Source of the DNA: Candidatus Poribacteria bacterium
GTDB taxonomy: Bacteria; Poribacteria; WGA-4E; WGA-3G
Reading direction: 5' to 3'
NCBI GenBank assembly: GCA_958295815.1
Contig: OY282374.1
Coordinates: forward strand, 514,856 to 578,855
Length of the DNA: 64,000 nt
Positions 46,141-56,278 of the stretch are shown here, piece after piece. A program made the position numbers and the translations under genes. Within the stretch, counting starts at the first letter, position 1; the number at the start of each line of letters is the position of its first letter. Below the pieces are notes generated by a model, which had not been told where the DNA came from, made no database searches, and saw only the letters and a list, made by a program, of their open reading frames with translations.

Positions 46141-47451
46141 ATGGACGCGAAATTGTGGGTTCCAGAATACGACACCCCGGAATTATGGCATAAGGAAATA
46201 TCGCGGCGCTCTTTTTTCAAGGGTGGAGTCACGAGTTTTCTGGGGCTTGTCGCGATGCAGCATTTCGGCTCCAGCAGCTTAGCGCAGCTTGAGGATGTTA
46301 TGCCGCGTGCCAAGCATTGTATCGTCCTGTTCATGAATGGTGGTGCAAGTCAGATAGACACTTTCGATCCGAAACCCGGCACTGAAAACGGTGGTCCCTT
46401 TGCAGCGATTCCAACGAGCGTTAAAGGTATAAAGGTTTCCGAACATCTCCCGCGGGTCGCGCAGCAGGCACATCATCTCTCTATCATTCGTTCCATGGTC
46501 TCACGTGAAGGGAATCATGAACGCGCACGGTATTTACTACATACCGGATATGCACCAGGTGGTGCAGTCAAACATCCAACCCTCGGTTCACTTACCTCTT
46601 ACTACCTTGACGATAGTTTATCGGATCTTCCGAGTTGTGTTAATATTAATGCGCCGACGTATTCTGGCGGATTTCTTGGTGCCACGCATGACCCATTTGT
46701 AGTCAATGATCCGATGCGTCCTGTGGAGGACCTCTCGTATCCGGCACAGATGGACACACACCGCTTTCGCGAACGGCTCAAGATGCTCAGAACAATCGAG
46801 AAGGATTTTATCGCCAAACGGACTGAACGCAGCACGGAAGCACACGAAGCGATTTACAAGAAAGCCGACCAACTCATCAACTCCCCTAAAATAGATGCGT
46901 TTCAACTTAACGATGAACCACTTGCTGTCCGCGAAGCCTACGGCATGAATAAATTTGGTCAAGGCTGCCTGATGGCGCGTCGTCTCGTGGAGGCTGGCGT
47001 CAAATTTGTAGAAGTTTCATTAGATGGATGGGATACACATCAAAATAACTTTGAGCGTACCAGAGAGCTCCTCGATATGGTAGATCCGGCGTTCGCGATG
47101 CTCCTGAAGGACTTGTCCGAGCGCGATCTCCTTGACCAAACTATTGTGCTCTGGCTCGGAGAATTCGGACGTACACCGAGGATTAACAACAACGATGGGA
47201 GAGATCATCATACTAACGGTTGGTCTGCTGTTGTGGCAGGAGGCGGCACAAGCGGTGGACAGGTAGTCGGAAGCACGAATGAAGATGGGACTAAAGTTGT
47301 CAGCGATCCACTCGGCGTGCCTGACCTTTTTGCGTCGCTCTGTTTTGCGTTTGGGATCAATGCAGACGAAGAGAACTACTCCCGCTCCGGACGACCGATT
47401 CGGGTTGTTAATGATGGCATGGTTATAGAGGAGTTATTTAAGACCTTATAG
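46141..47451 (+). CDS. DUF1501 domain protein
   Basis: SRRSFF twin-arginine-like motif; MNGGASQIDTFDPKP, ARRLVEAGV, GWDTH and GEFGRTP...GRDH. Confidence 0.92.
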   Translation: MDAKLWVPEYDTPELWHKEISRRSFFKGGVTSFLGLVAMQHFGSSSLAQLEDVMPRAKHCIVLFMNGGASQIDTFDPKPGTENGGPFAAIPTSVKGIKVSEHLPRVAQQAHHLSIIRSMVSREGNHERARYLLHTGYAPGGAVKHPTLGSLTSYYLDDSLSDLPSCVNINAPTYSGGFLGATHDPFVVNDPMRPVEDLSYPAQMDTHRFRERLKMLRTIEKDFIAKRTERSTEAHEAIYKKADQLINSPKIDAFQLNDEPLAVREAYGMNKFGQGCLMARRLVEAGVKFVEVSLDGWDTHQNNFERTRELLDMVDPAFAMLLKDLSERDLLDQTIVLWLGEFGRTPRINNNDGRDHHTNGWSAVVAGGGTSGGQVVGSTNEDGTKVVSDPLGVPDLFASLCFAFGINADEENYSRSGRPIRVVNDGMVIEELFKTL

Positions 47452-47516
47452 CGCGCAGCTTGCAAGCGCATATTACTAAAGTATGGATTTTGAAGGCGCG
47501 CCAGCTGGGACAAACA

Positions 47517-48116
47517 ATGAGGGTTATTGCTGGCACATTCAGAGGTAGACGCTTGGCTGTCCCCAAAGGGAACCGTCTCGTCCGCCCAACCACTGATCGG
47601 GTAAAAGAGTCTGTGTTCAGTATCCTGCGAGAACAGGTTGTTGATGCGAATTTTCTTGACCTTTGTGCCGGTACTGGGAGTATGGGGATCGAGGCGTTAA
47701 GCCGTGGGGCGAAACACGTTACATTTTTGGATCGAGATCGGCGGTGCCTCGCAATTATAGAACGAAACTTAGATGTTTGTGGTCTTACAACTGAATCCCG
47801 TGCGAGGTATTATCTACTCTGTCGAGATATTCTAAAAGGGATTAAGTCCCTTCATAAGCAAGCATCTATATTTGATGTTATCTATTTTGATCCGCCCTAT
47901 GGTGTTGGTTTGGAGGACGGTTCGCAGGGCGGTATTGAACTATACACTACCAGTTTAGCACGACTTGCGGAGACCGCGTTACTTGAAATCGGTGGTATGT
48001 TACTTGTTGAACATGCAAAGCAGGTTGTTTTGCCTGACGCTGTTGGAAGTTTAAGTCGGGGCAGACAGGCACGCTACGGGGATACGATCGTATCATTTTA
48101 TCAAAGGAACGTATAG
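47517..48116 (+). CDS. rsmD: 16S rRNA m2G966 methyltransferase
   Basis: MRVIAG, RPTTDRVKES, LDLCAGTGSMGIEALSRGA, DPPY and YGDT motifs. Confidence 0.93.
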   Translation: MRVIAGTFRGRRLAVPKGNRLVRPTTDRVKESVFSILREQVVDANFLDLCAGTGSMGIEALSRGAKHVTFLDRDRRCLAIIERNLDVCGLTTESRARYYLLCRDILKGIKSLHKQASIFDVIYFDPPYGVGLEDGSQGGIELYTTSLARLAETALLEIGGMLLVEHAKQVVLPDAVGSLSRGRQARYGDTIVSFYQRNV

Positions 48117-48178
48117 GTACCTAAGCATTATTAAGGAATTTTTCCTTTTAAACACCGGAAAAAAATACTGGTGGAAGA

Positions 48179-48916
48179 ATGAACATGAAAATCTTGAATC
48201 TTCAATCCGGAACGCCCTTTCAGATGGGCAAAGGTAAAAACTGGCGTGTTGTGCATCCAGATATGGGTTCAACGCAGTTGACACTGAACCATGGGGTTCA
48301 CGCACCTGGTCAAGAATTCACACAGCATTACCACGATGCCTCAGAAGACGCGATTGTCGTATTAGAAGGTGGAGGGGCTATCCGACAAGGGAGTGTTTAT
48401 ACCCCAATTACTGCAGGTGATCTTATTTTTGTACCTGCGACGGAAGTCCATGGAACTGTCAACACCACACCGAACATGGCACGCTTAATTAGTTTCCAAT
48501 CCCCGCCGGATATGGCACTATACCGAGGCGAACGAGATACTCCTAATGAGGCACCGACACCAGCACATGGGCACCGAAGTAACGTTCAAGTCATTAATAT
48601 GGCGCGAAGCGGTCCTGTTTTTGGGAAGCCTGTCGATTGGCGAAGCGTCGTCTCACCGCACAAAGGCTCTGTGCATCTCTCCTTAGACTACATTCACCTA
48701 AATAAAGATGAAGGATTTACGCACGAACCGATAGAGACTGAATCGATCTACGTGCTAAGAGATGGATGTGCTGAAGTGACATCTGATGCTGAGACACGAG
48801 CGTTGGGACAACATGACGTTCTCTTCCTCGCTCCTGGAGACACTTTTTCGCTTTCCAACACAGGGGATGAGCCGACCACAATAATATATTGTTGGGCGGT
48901 TGTCTCTTCTCAGTAG
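48179..48916 (+). CDS. Bicupin domain protein
   Basis: HYH...E...H cupin motif in the first half; degenerate second cupin repeat. Confidence 0.8.
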   Translation: MNMKILNLQSGTPFQMGKGKNWRVVHPDMGSTQLTLNHGVHAPGQEFTQHYHDASEDAIVVLEGGGAIRQGSVYTPITAGDLIFVPATEVHGTVNTTPNMARLISFQSPPDMALYRGERDTPNEAPTPAHGHRSNVQVINMARSGPVFGKPVDWRSVVSPHKGSVHLSLDYIHLNKDEGFTHEPIETESIYVLRDGCAEVTSDAETRALGQHDVLFLAPGDTFSLSNTGDEPTTIIYCWAVVSSQ

Positions 48917-49045
48917 CCTTGATGTCCTTAAAATGGTCACTTGCAAGATATATCAGGACGTGCGAATGCCAATCGGTGACGACTTCTGGACGCGTAAGAA
49001 CTGTTTTTGTATACTGGTGCTAAGACCAGAAAAGGAAATTGATGG

Positions 49046-51595
49046 ATGAAATCAGATGATGTAGCTGTCTCACGACGGGGAAACTTGGTCGTGGTAAACC
49101 ACAATAAATTTGAGATTAAATTCAACCTTTCAAAAGGAACATGGGATTACATTAATGAAAGTGGCAACACAATTATCCGCAATGGATGTACACAGATAGC
49201 CCTTAATGATGGGAGTGTTGTCAAAACCGAAGATGCTGGCACCCGCAACTTTATCACAGCGTCTCCACAGGAAGATGCATTCGGTACCTATCACCAGATC
49301 TGTTTCTCACACGAAGCTACTGGGAAGGGTATACGGATAAACACCTACCTCAATTGTTACGCTACACAACCTGCTATTCTGCTGAGAGTCGGTGTTGAAA
49401 ATCTCAGGCAAGGGCGTTCGTTGCAGTTAGGCAGTTTAACGGTACTTAGCGTTTCAACAAACCGCGGTGCGGTATTAGTTGACGGGGCTCCTTCAGATTG
49501 TCACCTTTTCATTAACATGCCGCCTGTTTCTCCGGGTGTAAGTAGAAAACTCTATGACGGGTTTTTGTTGAGCGAGGCAGATGCCAGACATCCTTGTCAC
49601 GATGGGATGCTTCACGATACTGAGAACGACAGGGCATTGGTTTTCGGATTTCTGACAGCAGAGAAATGGTGGCCGCGAATCCAGGTCGGTTGTCAAGGCG
49701 ATTCGGGGACCAACTCGCAATCCCGAGCTAAAAAGACGTCAACATCGGGTGCTAACCCTTGGGCACTCTATCATCTGTGTGACCAGCAGTGCAAATTCGG
49801 GGAAGAAATTACCTCAGAGACTGTGTACCTCAACTTTTCGGGTGATCCTGCAGCATGTTATGAACACTACACGCAGATGTTGGCACTGAAGAATGGTTGT
49901 GCTGAGGATCCTACCTCTCTTGCATGCGATACTCCTATCACTGCTTGGAATCTTCCTTCTGGGCAATCTCCACTGGACGCGGATACTATCTTAGCACAAA
50001 CCGACGAGCTTGCAGAAAATCCTTTTTTTCAACCAAACTTCCTCAGTGGGATGGGTTATATTCAATTGGATGCCGGGTTGGAACCGCGATTGGAAAGTTA
50101 TGCATCGGTTAAAAATGGATCGGGCGCACAGGCTGCTGACGAAATGCAGGCAGCTCTTAGTCAGATCCGGGCAAAAGGCTTCAAGACCGGGATTCGGATT
50201 AATCCCTTTTGTGCGACGCTTGATTCAGAACTCGTGCAGAAACATCCGAATTACTGCATACAGGAGGTGACGGAGCGAAGGGGGAAAGAGAGGACGCGTC
50301 GGCATTCAAGACGTAACACAAATAAATCCGCCACAACGCATCTACCGGAAAATAGTATGGAAGTCGCTCTGTTAGACGTTTCCCACCCCGGAGTGCAGCG
50401 ACATATCCGTGAACAGATTAAACAGATAGTCAACGGATACGGATGTACACTCATCAATGTAGATTTCACAGCTTATACGACCGGTCTCACCAATAGTACA
50501 CATAACTTGCGGTGGCATGACCAAACGCTCACATCTGTTCAACTGTATCGCCTTGCCGGTGAATTACTGAGAGATGCTATTGATGAAGCACGCTCGGCGA
50601 ACGCATCTGCTAATGGAGAGGTTTTGCTCGCTGGATATAATGCTGTTACGGGACCGTGTCTCGGGGACATCTTACTGAACGCTCCGTTACTTAACCCTCC
50701 ATTTTCCAGTATAGGCGCAGTCTCGAACCGCACAAATGACCCATGGCACCATCAGCGAGGAACGAAGCACCGCTTGAGCAGATATGGAGCACATATCCGT
50801 GAACATAATGTACTCTGGCGGCATGTCTTTGGCGAGCTTGCTGTTGATGAACCAAGACCCGTTAATGAGGCGATTGTGGAGATGACAGCTGCAGCGTTGA
50901 GTGGTGGGGCGGTCTTCTGCACTGACCAATTAACAACGCTCGCTTCGTCACGGGCGGCGCACTTGTCGCGAATCTTTCCACTCTTGGGTGACGCTGCCAC
51001 GCCAGTAAACCTTTATGATGAACCATTCCCACAAATCTGGAGCCTGCCTGTTTCAACGCAGAGCGAAACTTGGCACCTCGCGGCAATCTTTAATTGGAAT
51101 GACCACGAAGATGACGCTTACTTTGAACTTGATGTTCTTGGGTTAGACCAATCTAAAGAGTATCTCGTCCACGATTTCTGGATGCGGCAATACCTCGGAA
51201 AGGCGTCGCATAGTTTAACCTTACTGAATATTCCGCCTCGTTCTGTCAAGCTGCTCTGTTTTCGTGAAGAACAGAGCGTTCCACAGCTGCTGGCAACTGA
51301 TATGCATTATGCGCAAGGTGCTGTCGAAATTCTATCTGCGGGTTGGGATGGCAACAGCCAGAGTTACCTGATCGTTTGCAAACCGCTTAGACAAGCAGAT
51401 AGCACCTGCTTTATTCATGTCCCGGATGGATACATACCGGTAGGTGTGTCGGCTTATGGGAGCGGTTATCAATACAATTGGGATGCCCCAGTCTGTCAAC
51501 TAACGTTTACGAAGATTCAACCAGACAAACTGGTACAGGCAAGTATCCAATTTGCGAAAACCTCTGGTGGTTCTTCTGGTAGGCAGGGTTTATAA
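49046..51595 (+). CDS. GH36/alpha-galactosidase-like protein, possibly non-catalytic
   Basis: GFKTGIRINPF, LDVSHPGVQ, C-terminal AIFNW...VHDFW; catalytic motifs degenerate. Confidence 0.6.
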   Translation: MKSDDVAVSRRGNLVVVNHNKFEIKFNLSKGTWDYINESGNTIIRNGCTQIALNDGSVVKTEDAGTRNFITASPQEDAFGTYHQICFSHEATGKGIRINTYLNCYATQPAILLRVGVENLRQGRSLQLGSLTVLSVSTNRGAVLVDGAPSDCHLFINMPPVSPGVSRKLYDGFLLSEADARHPCHDGMLHDTENDRALVFGFLTAEKWWPRIQVGCQGDSGTNSQSRAKKTSTSGANPWALYHLCDQQCKFGEEITSETVYLNFSGDPAACYEHYTQMLALKNGCAEDPTSLACDTPITAWNLPSGQSPLDADTILAQTDELAENPFFQPNFLSGMGYIQLDAGLEPRLESYASVKNGSGAQAADEMQAALSQIRAKGFKTGIRINPFCATLDSELVQKHPNYCIQEVTERRGKERTRRHSRRNTNKSATTHLPENSMEVALLDVSHPGVQRHIREQIKQIVNGYGCTLINVDFTAYTTGLTNSTHNLRWHDQTLTSVQLYRLAGELLRDAIDEARSANASANGEVLLAGYNAVTGPCLGDILLNAPLLNPPFSSIGAVSNRTNDPWHHQRGTKHRLSRYGAHIREHNVLWRHVFGELAVDEPRPVNEAIVEMTAAALSGGAVFCTDQLTTLASSRAAHLSRIFPLLGDAATPVNLYDEPFPQIWSLPVSTQSETWHLAAIFNWNDHEDDAYFELDVLGLDQSKEYLVHDFWMRQYLGKASHSLTLLNIPPRSVKLLCFREEQSVPQLLATDMHYAQGAVEILSAGWDGNSQSYLIVCKPLRQADSTCFIHVPDGYIPVGVSAYGSGYQYNWDAPVCQLTFTKIQPDKLVQASIQFAKTSGGSSGRQGL

Positions 51596-51668
51596 CACCA
51601 GTGAATGTGGATGTCACCGACCGCGCTTCTGTGCGATCTTATGTTGCAATAAAATCGAGGATTGGACT

Positions 51669-52301
51669 GTGAGTACTATTCGGACGAAGCTGCAAACTCT
51701 CAAAACACAGGCAAGCGTCTGTACAGCGTGTGATTTGTCGAAAACTCGTGCGAATGTTGTTTTTGGCAGTGGGAGTGCTGATGCGAAATTAGCCGTTGTC
51801 GCGGAGGGACCGTCCGCCGCTGATAATCATACGACCCTTCCATTTTCGGGTCCTGCTGGGAATGTGCTTGATGAGGTGCTCGCTGCGAACGGTTTAACGC
51901 GCAGCCAAGTCTGGTTGACAAATATCATTAAGTGTCGAGCTGCAAGCCTTAAAGGGGGTGTGCTAAAAAATCGACCGCCGAAGGTGTCGGAAATTAAGGC
52001 ATGCTCTAAGTGGCTTGGTGGAGAACTGACCTTGATTCAACCTTCAGTGATTCTGTGTATGGGGGCACCCGCTGCAAAGGCACTCATCCATCGAAGCTTC
52101 CGTATTACCGAGGAGCGCGGCGTCTGGTTTACGGATACACTGTACGCGCCTTTCGCGATGGCGACCTTTAATCCGGCTTATGTCATGAGACAAGAAGGCG
52201 AGGATTTTGAGGCTGTCCGACAAATCGTCATTAACGATATCGCTGAGGCGCAGCGGAAATTAGATGAATCTGAGGCGTTACCGAAATTAACGCTTTTTTG
52301 A
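51669..52301 (+). CDS. Family-4-like uracil-DNA glycosylase (4Fe-4S)
   Basis: CTAC, VVFGSG, PFSGPAG, TNIIKCR and NRPP...C motifs; GAGGA RBS before GTG 51669. Confidence 0.85.
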   Translation: MSTIRTKLQTLKTQASVCTACDLSKTRANVVFGSGSADAKLAVVAEGPSAADNHTTLPFSGPAGNVLDEVLAANGLTRSQVWLTNIIKCRAASLKGGVLKNRPPKVSEIKACSKWLGGELTLIQPSVILCMGAPAAKALIHRSFRITEERGVWFTDTLYAPFAMATFNPAYVMRQEGEDFEAVRQIVINDIAEAQRKLDESEALPKLTLF

Positions 52302-52347
52302 TGTTGAAATCTCTGATGTATGTAGACGTCCTGAAAAAACAAGGAAA

Positions 52348-53307
52348 ATGCCATTGAAGAAACAAATTGCTATTGATGCCGTGCTAAAAGCGATGCAGCT
52401 TTGTGAACAGGTGCAAGCTGAGATGGTGTCAACTGATGCGATCCAAAAGGTAGATCGGAGCCCTGTAACCGTTGCTGATTTCGGATCACAGGCACTGATA
52501 TGCAAAGCGATCGGGGACGCTTTTCCTGATGATGTTATTGTTGCTGAAGAAGATGCACAGGCACTTACGGAGAACGCAATACTTTTAGAACGTGTCACGG
52601 ATTATGTGAACCGCTTTGCAAAAGAGAACGTTTCTGCGGACACTGTCTGCGAGTGGATTGATCGGGGAAGCGGTGAGGTCGGACAGCACTTCTGGACGTT
52701 GGACCCAATTGACGGTACAAAAGGCTTTCTTCGCCGCGATCAATATGCAATTGCTTTGGCTTATATTGTTGATGGAATTGTTCAACTCGGTGTTTTGGGC
52801 TGCCCTAATTTGTCGTATCGTTTGGACGCTATGGACGCTGAGCGTGGGTGTCTTTTCGTTGCAGCCCGCGGTGAAGGCACGCAGCTTTATACAACAACGG
52901 GTGACTTTTTAAAGCAGGTCCACGTATCAGAGAAGACGCATCGCTTTGCAGAGAGTTTTGAGTCCGCGCACGGTGATAGCGATGCACATAGCAAAATCGC
53001 GGATGCACTCGGAATTACAGAAATCCCTGTTCGGATGGACAGTCAAGTGAAGTACGGCATTGTTTCCCGTGGTGAGGCGTCCCTCTATATCCGTCTACCG
53101 AACCCCGCATCCCCAGATTATCGCGAATGTATCTGGGATCACGCTGCAGGGATGATTGTTGTTCAGGAGGCGGGTGGGACAGTCACAGACGCTAATGGCG
53201 CACCGCTTAATTTTTTAACGGGGAAACGGATGCATGAGAATCGCGGTATTGTCGCAACTAACGGAAAACTTCATCAACACGTTTTAAACGCTTTATCTAA
53301 TCTATAA
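52348..53307 (+). CDS. 3'(2'),5'-bisphosphate nucleotidase, HAL2/SAL type
   Basis: SPVTVADFGSQA, VAEE, WTLDPIDGTKGFLR, MDSQVKY and IWDHAAG motifs. Confidence 0.9.
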   Translation: MPLKKQIAIDAVLKAMQLCEQVQAEMVSTDAIQKVDRSPVTVADFGSQALICKAIGDAFPDDVIVAEEDAQALTENAILLERVTDYVNRFAKENVSADTVCEWIDRGSGEVGQHFWTLDPIDGTKGFLRRDQYAIALAYIVDGIVQLGVLGCPNLSYRLDAMDAERGCLFVAARGEGTQLYTTTGDFLKQVHVSEKTHRFAESFESAHGDSDAHSKIADALGITEIPVRMDSQVKYGIVSRGEASLYIRLPNPASPDYRECIWDHAAGMIVVQEAGGTVTDANGAPLNFLTGKRMHENRGIVATNGKLHQHVLNALSNL

Positions 53308-53323
53308 GGAGCGAATAGAGAGT

Positions 53324-54289
53324 ATGAAAGCTGGGCAAATTGTCGCACCACATCAAATTGAGATTGTTGATATAGAACAACCGAATCTTGCCGATTATCC
53401 CGATGGTACAGTGAAGATAAAAACTGCTCATAGTGCCATCTGTGGCACTGATATGCCGTCGTTCGTCCTTGAACACCCGGCGGAAAGTTATCCACTTCAA
53501 CCAGGGCTTTCGATTCACGAGGCAATCGGCGTTGTCACAGATAGTAAATCGGACAGATTCAAAGCGGGGGACTCCGTCCTCGCACTGCCACGCTACATCG
53601 GTGGACTTTCGGAATACTTCCTGTCGGATGAGAGCGTCACGATGCCGTTGACGGATTTCCCACGGAAGGACTGCATCCTAATGTCTCAACCGCTTGGCAC
53701 TGTTGTCTGGGCGTGTCGGAAGCTGCCGAATCTGCTCAATCTTGATGTGGTTGTTGTCGGGCAGGGCCCCATGGGGCTTCTCTTTACGCACATGTTGAGC
53801 AATCTCGGTGCGAAGACGGTGATCACAACCGACGTTGTTGACTTCCGACTTACCGTTTCCAAGAAGATGCGTGCCACACACACAGTTAATGTTGAAAAGC
53901 AAGATCCAGTTGCTGTTGTTGAGAAAATTACGGAGGGCAGAATGGCGGATCTGGTTATTGAGGTGGTTGGACACCAGACAGAGACGATCAATGATTGCCT
54001 CCAGCTGCTAAAGCGCAGTGGAACGCTCCTCGCCTTCGGTGTGCCAGACGACCAGATTTACGATTTCCATTTCGCTGACTTCTTCCGAAAAAATATCAAC
54101 TTCATCGGATCCGTCGGACCAGATGCCCCAAACGACTTCCCACTGGCGATGGATATGATTGCTCAGGGTCGTTTGGATGTATCGCCGATTATCACGCATC
54201 ATCTGCCTTTTACAGAGGCGCAACTCGGATTTGAAATGGCTCTGAACAGGAAGCATGAAGCGATCAAGATTATTTTCGACTACGAATAG
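53324..54289 (+). CDS. Zinc-binding (MDR) dehydrogenase
   Basis: ICGTD, HEAIG, GQGPMG and IITHHLP motifs. Confidence 0.9.
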   Translation: MKAGQIVAPHQIEIVDIEQPNLADYPDGTVKIKTAHSAICGTDMPSFVLEHPAESYPLQPGLSIHEAIGVVTDSKSDRFKAGDSVLALPRYIGGLSEYFLSDESVTMPLTDFPRKDCILMSQPLGTVVWACRKLPNLLNLDVVVVGQGPMGLLFTHMLSNLGAKTVITTDVVDFRLTVSKKMRATHTVNVEKQDPVAVVEKITEGRMADLVIEVVGHQTETINDCLQLLKRSGTLLAFGVPDDQIYDFHFADFFRKNINFIGSVGPDAPNDFPLAMDMIAQGRLDVSPIITHHLPFTEAQLGFEMALNRKHEAIKIIFDYE

Positions 54290-54408
54290 TAGCAGGCACA
54301 CTCCGCTGTGCCGTCACATAGTAGCAGGCACACTCCGCTGTGCCGTAAAAGTAGTAGGCACACTCCGTTCTGCCGTCACATAGTAGTAGGCACACTCCGC
54401 TGTGCCGT
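54289..54408 (+). repeat. Tandem array of four GTAG REP-like family 2 units
   Basis: GTAGYAGGCACACTCCGCTGTGCCGT at 54289, 54321, 54351 (variant), 54383. Confidence 0.9.
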
Positions 54409-55458
54409 TCACAAAGGCAATTCAATCGGACGTCCCTCACGGCTTGATTGGTAGATAGCGAGGATAATTTCCACAGCTTTGCGTCCTTCGCGTCCGTCAA
54501 CGAGGTGCGAGGCATCTTTCTCAAGTCCGTTAATTAGGTTTTCCATCTGCCGCCGATGATTTGCATGGTTTATAGCACGTGGGTCGGAGGCACCGCCGCC
54601 GGTATCCGTTTTTTGTGCGAATTGTTCTCGGATTTCCGCATCTTCAGGAAGTTCTGGGTCAAATTCCCAGGTCACGATGTCCTCTTCGGCTAAGACGACA
54701 GTCCCGTGTGTGCCGGAGATTTCAGTCTTCTTGAGCATGCCGGGGTAAGCGGCAGTCGTGCCTTCGATGACACCGAGTGCGCCGTTTTCAAACCGAAGTG
54801 CAGCAACAGCAGCGTCTTCGACTTCGATCCGTTCGTGCGCCAGTGTATCGGTAAAGGCTTGGACAGATTTGACGGGACCCATGAAATACTGGAGTAGGTC
54901 AATGGCGTGAATAGATTGGTTCATGAGCGCGCCGCCGCCATCGAGGTCCCACGTGCCGCGCCAACCGCCGCTATCGTAGTATTCTTGGGAACGATACCAT
55001 TTGATGTAAGCATCGCCTAAGGTGAGTTTACCGAACCGACCGCTCTCAATTGTGGATTTAACGAGTTGTGTGCTTTCGGTGAAACGAGAATTAAAGATGG
55101 CGCATAATCGGACACCCGCCGCGTCACAGGCTTCGATGATCGCATCGCACCGTGGTAAGGTGATTTCCAGCGGTTTTTCGACGATGACGTGTTTACCGGC
55201 TTCTGCGGCAGCGACAGCAGGTTCCAGGTGCGCACCGCTCGGCGTACAGATGCAAACGATGTCCAGATCGTCACGTTTGAGCATTTCCATATAGTCGATG
55301 TAGCTGTCAACGTTGTATCGGTCGGTGAGCCGTTTGGCATTTTCAGCGTTTCTTGAACTGACTGCGACGAGTTGACCGTGTTCTAATTCAGAAATTGCGG
55401 CGGAGTGAAAATCTGAAATCATTCCACATCCGATAATACCGAATCCGTAAGTCTTCAT
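54409..55458 (-). CDS. Gfo/Idh/MocA oxidoreductase
   Basis: GIIGCG, GKHVIVEKP and WRGTWDLDGGGALMNQSIHAID motifs. Confidence 0.93.
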   Translation of the reverse strand: MKTYGFGIIGCGMISDFHSAAISELEHGQLVAVSSRNAENAKRLTDRYNVDSYIDYMEMLKRDDLDIVCICTPSGAHLEPAVAAAEAGKHVIVEKPLEITLPRCDAIIEACDAAGVRLCAIFNSRFTESTQLVKSTIESGRFGKLTLGDAYIKWYRSQEYYDSGGWRGTWDLDGGGALMNQSIHAIDLLQYFMGPVKSVQAFTDTLAHERIEVEDAAVAALRFENGALGVIEGTTAAYPGMLKKTEISGTHGTVVLAEEDIVTWEFDPELPEDAEIREQFAQKTDTGGGASDPRAINHANHRRQMENLINGLEKDASHLVDGREGRKAVEIILAIYQSSREGRPIELPL

Positions 55459-55517
55459 ATTTTGTATATTCCTTTTGCGAAATCAAAGATTTGTGGCTGT
55501 AAGTTTAAAAATAAATT

Positions 55518-56156
55518 ATGACTTCCAACGAGAACCAAGTTCCAGAAGATCCAACAGCAGAGGAAACGGAAGCAGAGCAGACCTCTGGTAATAAAGTATT
55601 TAGAATTATCTGTATGACGTTTTGCCTTGCGGTAACGGTGCTGTTTCTTTGGGTTTGGCATCACCAAACGCAGTTCAACGACCACTATCGGAAAGCAACT
55701 TTTCTGATGCGCAACGGCGAAGCAAAACAGGCGATTGAAGTGTATCAGAAAGCAATCAAAAATAAGGCTCGCACGATTTTCTTCGCGAAAGAACCTTCAG
55801 CTTATAACAACCTTGGACAGGCGCATCTGTATGCAGAAGAATATGCCGAAGCGATCGCTAACTTTAAAACAGTAATTGAGATGGCACCCGATATAGCTGA
55901 GGGTTACATCAATCTCACAACTGCGTATCTCCGACAAAATTTACCAGCTGAGGCGCGGACTTCGTGTCTGCACGCCCTTCAAATTTTTCCAAAGACTGCT
56001 CTACTCCACTACAACCTCGCGTGTGCTTATGCGTTAGAGGGTGAATCCCAAAAAGCAGTTGACTCACTCACGCAAGCGGTAAGTCTCAACCCAGAACTCA
56101 AGACTTTTGCACAACAAGAAGACGCACTTAAAGGAGTTGTGTCTGAACTTCCGTGA
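55518..56156 (+). CDS. Membrane-anchored tetratricopeptide repeat protein
   Basis: TM followed by TPR helices (AYNNLG, GYINL, YNLACAYA). Confidence 0.88.
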   Translation: MTSNENQVPEDPTAEETEAEQTSGNKVFRIICMTFCLAVTVLFLWVWHHQTQFNDHYRKATFLMRNGEAKQAIEVYQKAIKNKARTIFFAKEPSAYNNLGQAHLYAEEYAEAIANFKTVIEMAPDIAEGYINLTTAYLRQNLPAEARTSCLHALQIFPKTALLHYNLACAYALEGESQKAVDSLTQAVSLNPELKTFAQQEDALKGVVSELP

Positions 56157-56215
56157 GTGTGTAGGTCTTTGTCTGAGTGAATTATACGCCTATTCCCCTC
56201 TATTTGCAACGAAAA

Positions 56216-56240
56216 ATGGGCGAGAATAAATCCCGCCCAT
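56216..56240. terminator. Putative terminator between convergent genes
   Basis: ATGGGCG...CGCCCAT hairpin preceded by an A-run. Confidence 0.5.
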
Positions 56241-56278
56241 CTCGGTTACAATAGGCATCGGACAGATACAATCTACCA

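Noticed and set aside
52348..53307. HAL2/SAL-like nucleotidase as a eukaryote-to-bacterium transfer
   Set aside because: This subfamily is known in several bacterial phyla; no evidence of transfer without a phylogeny.
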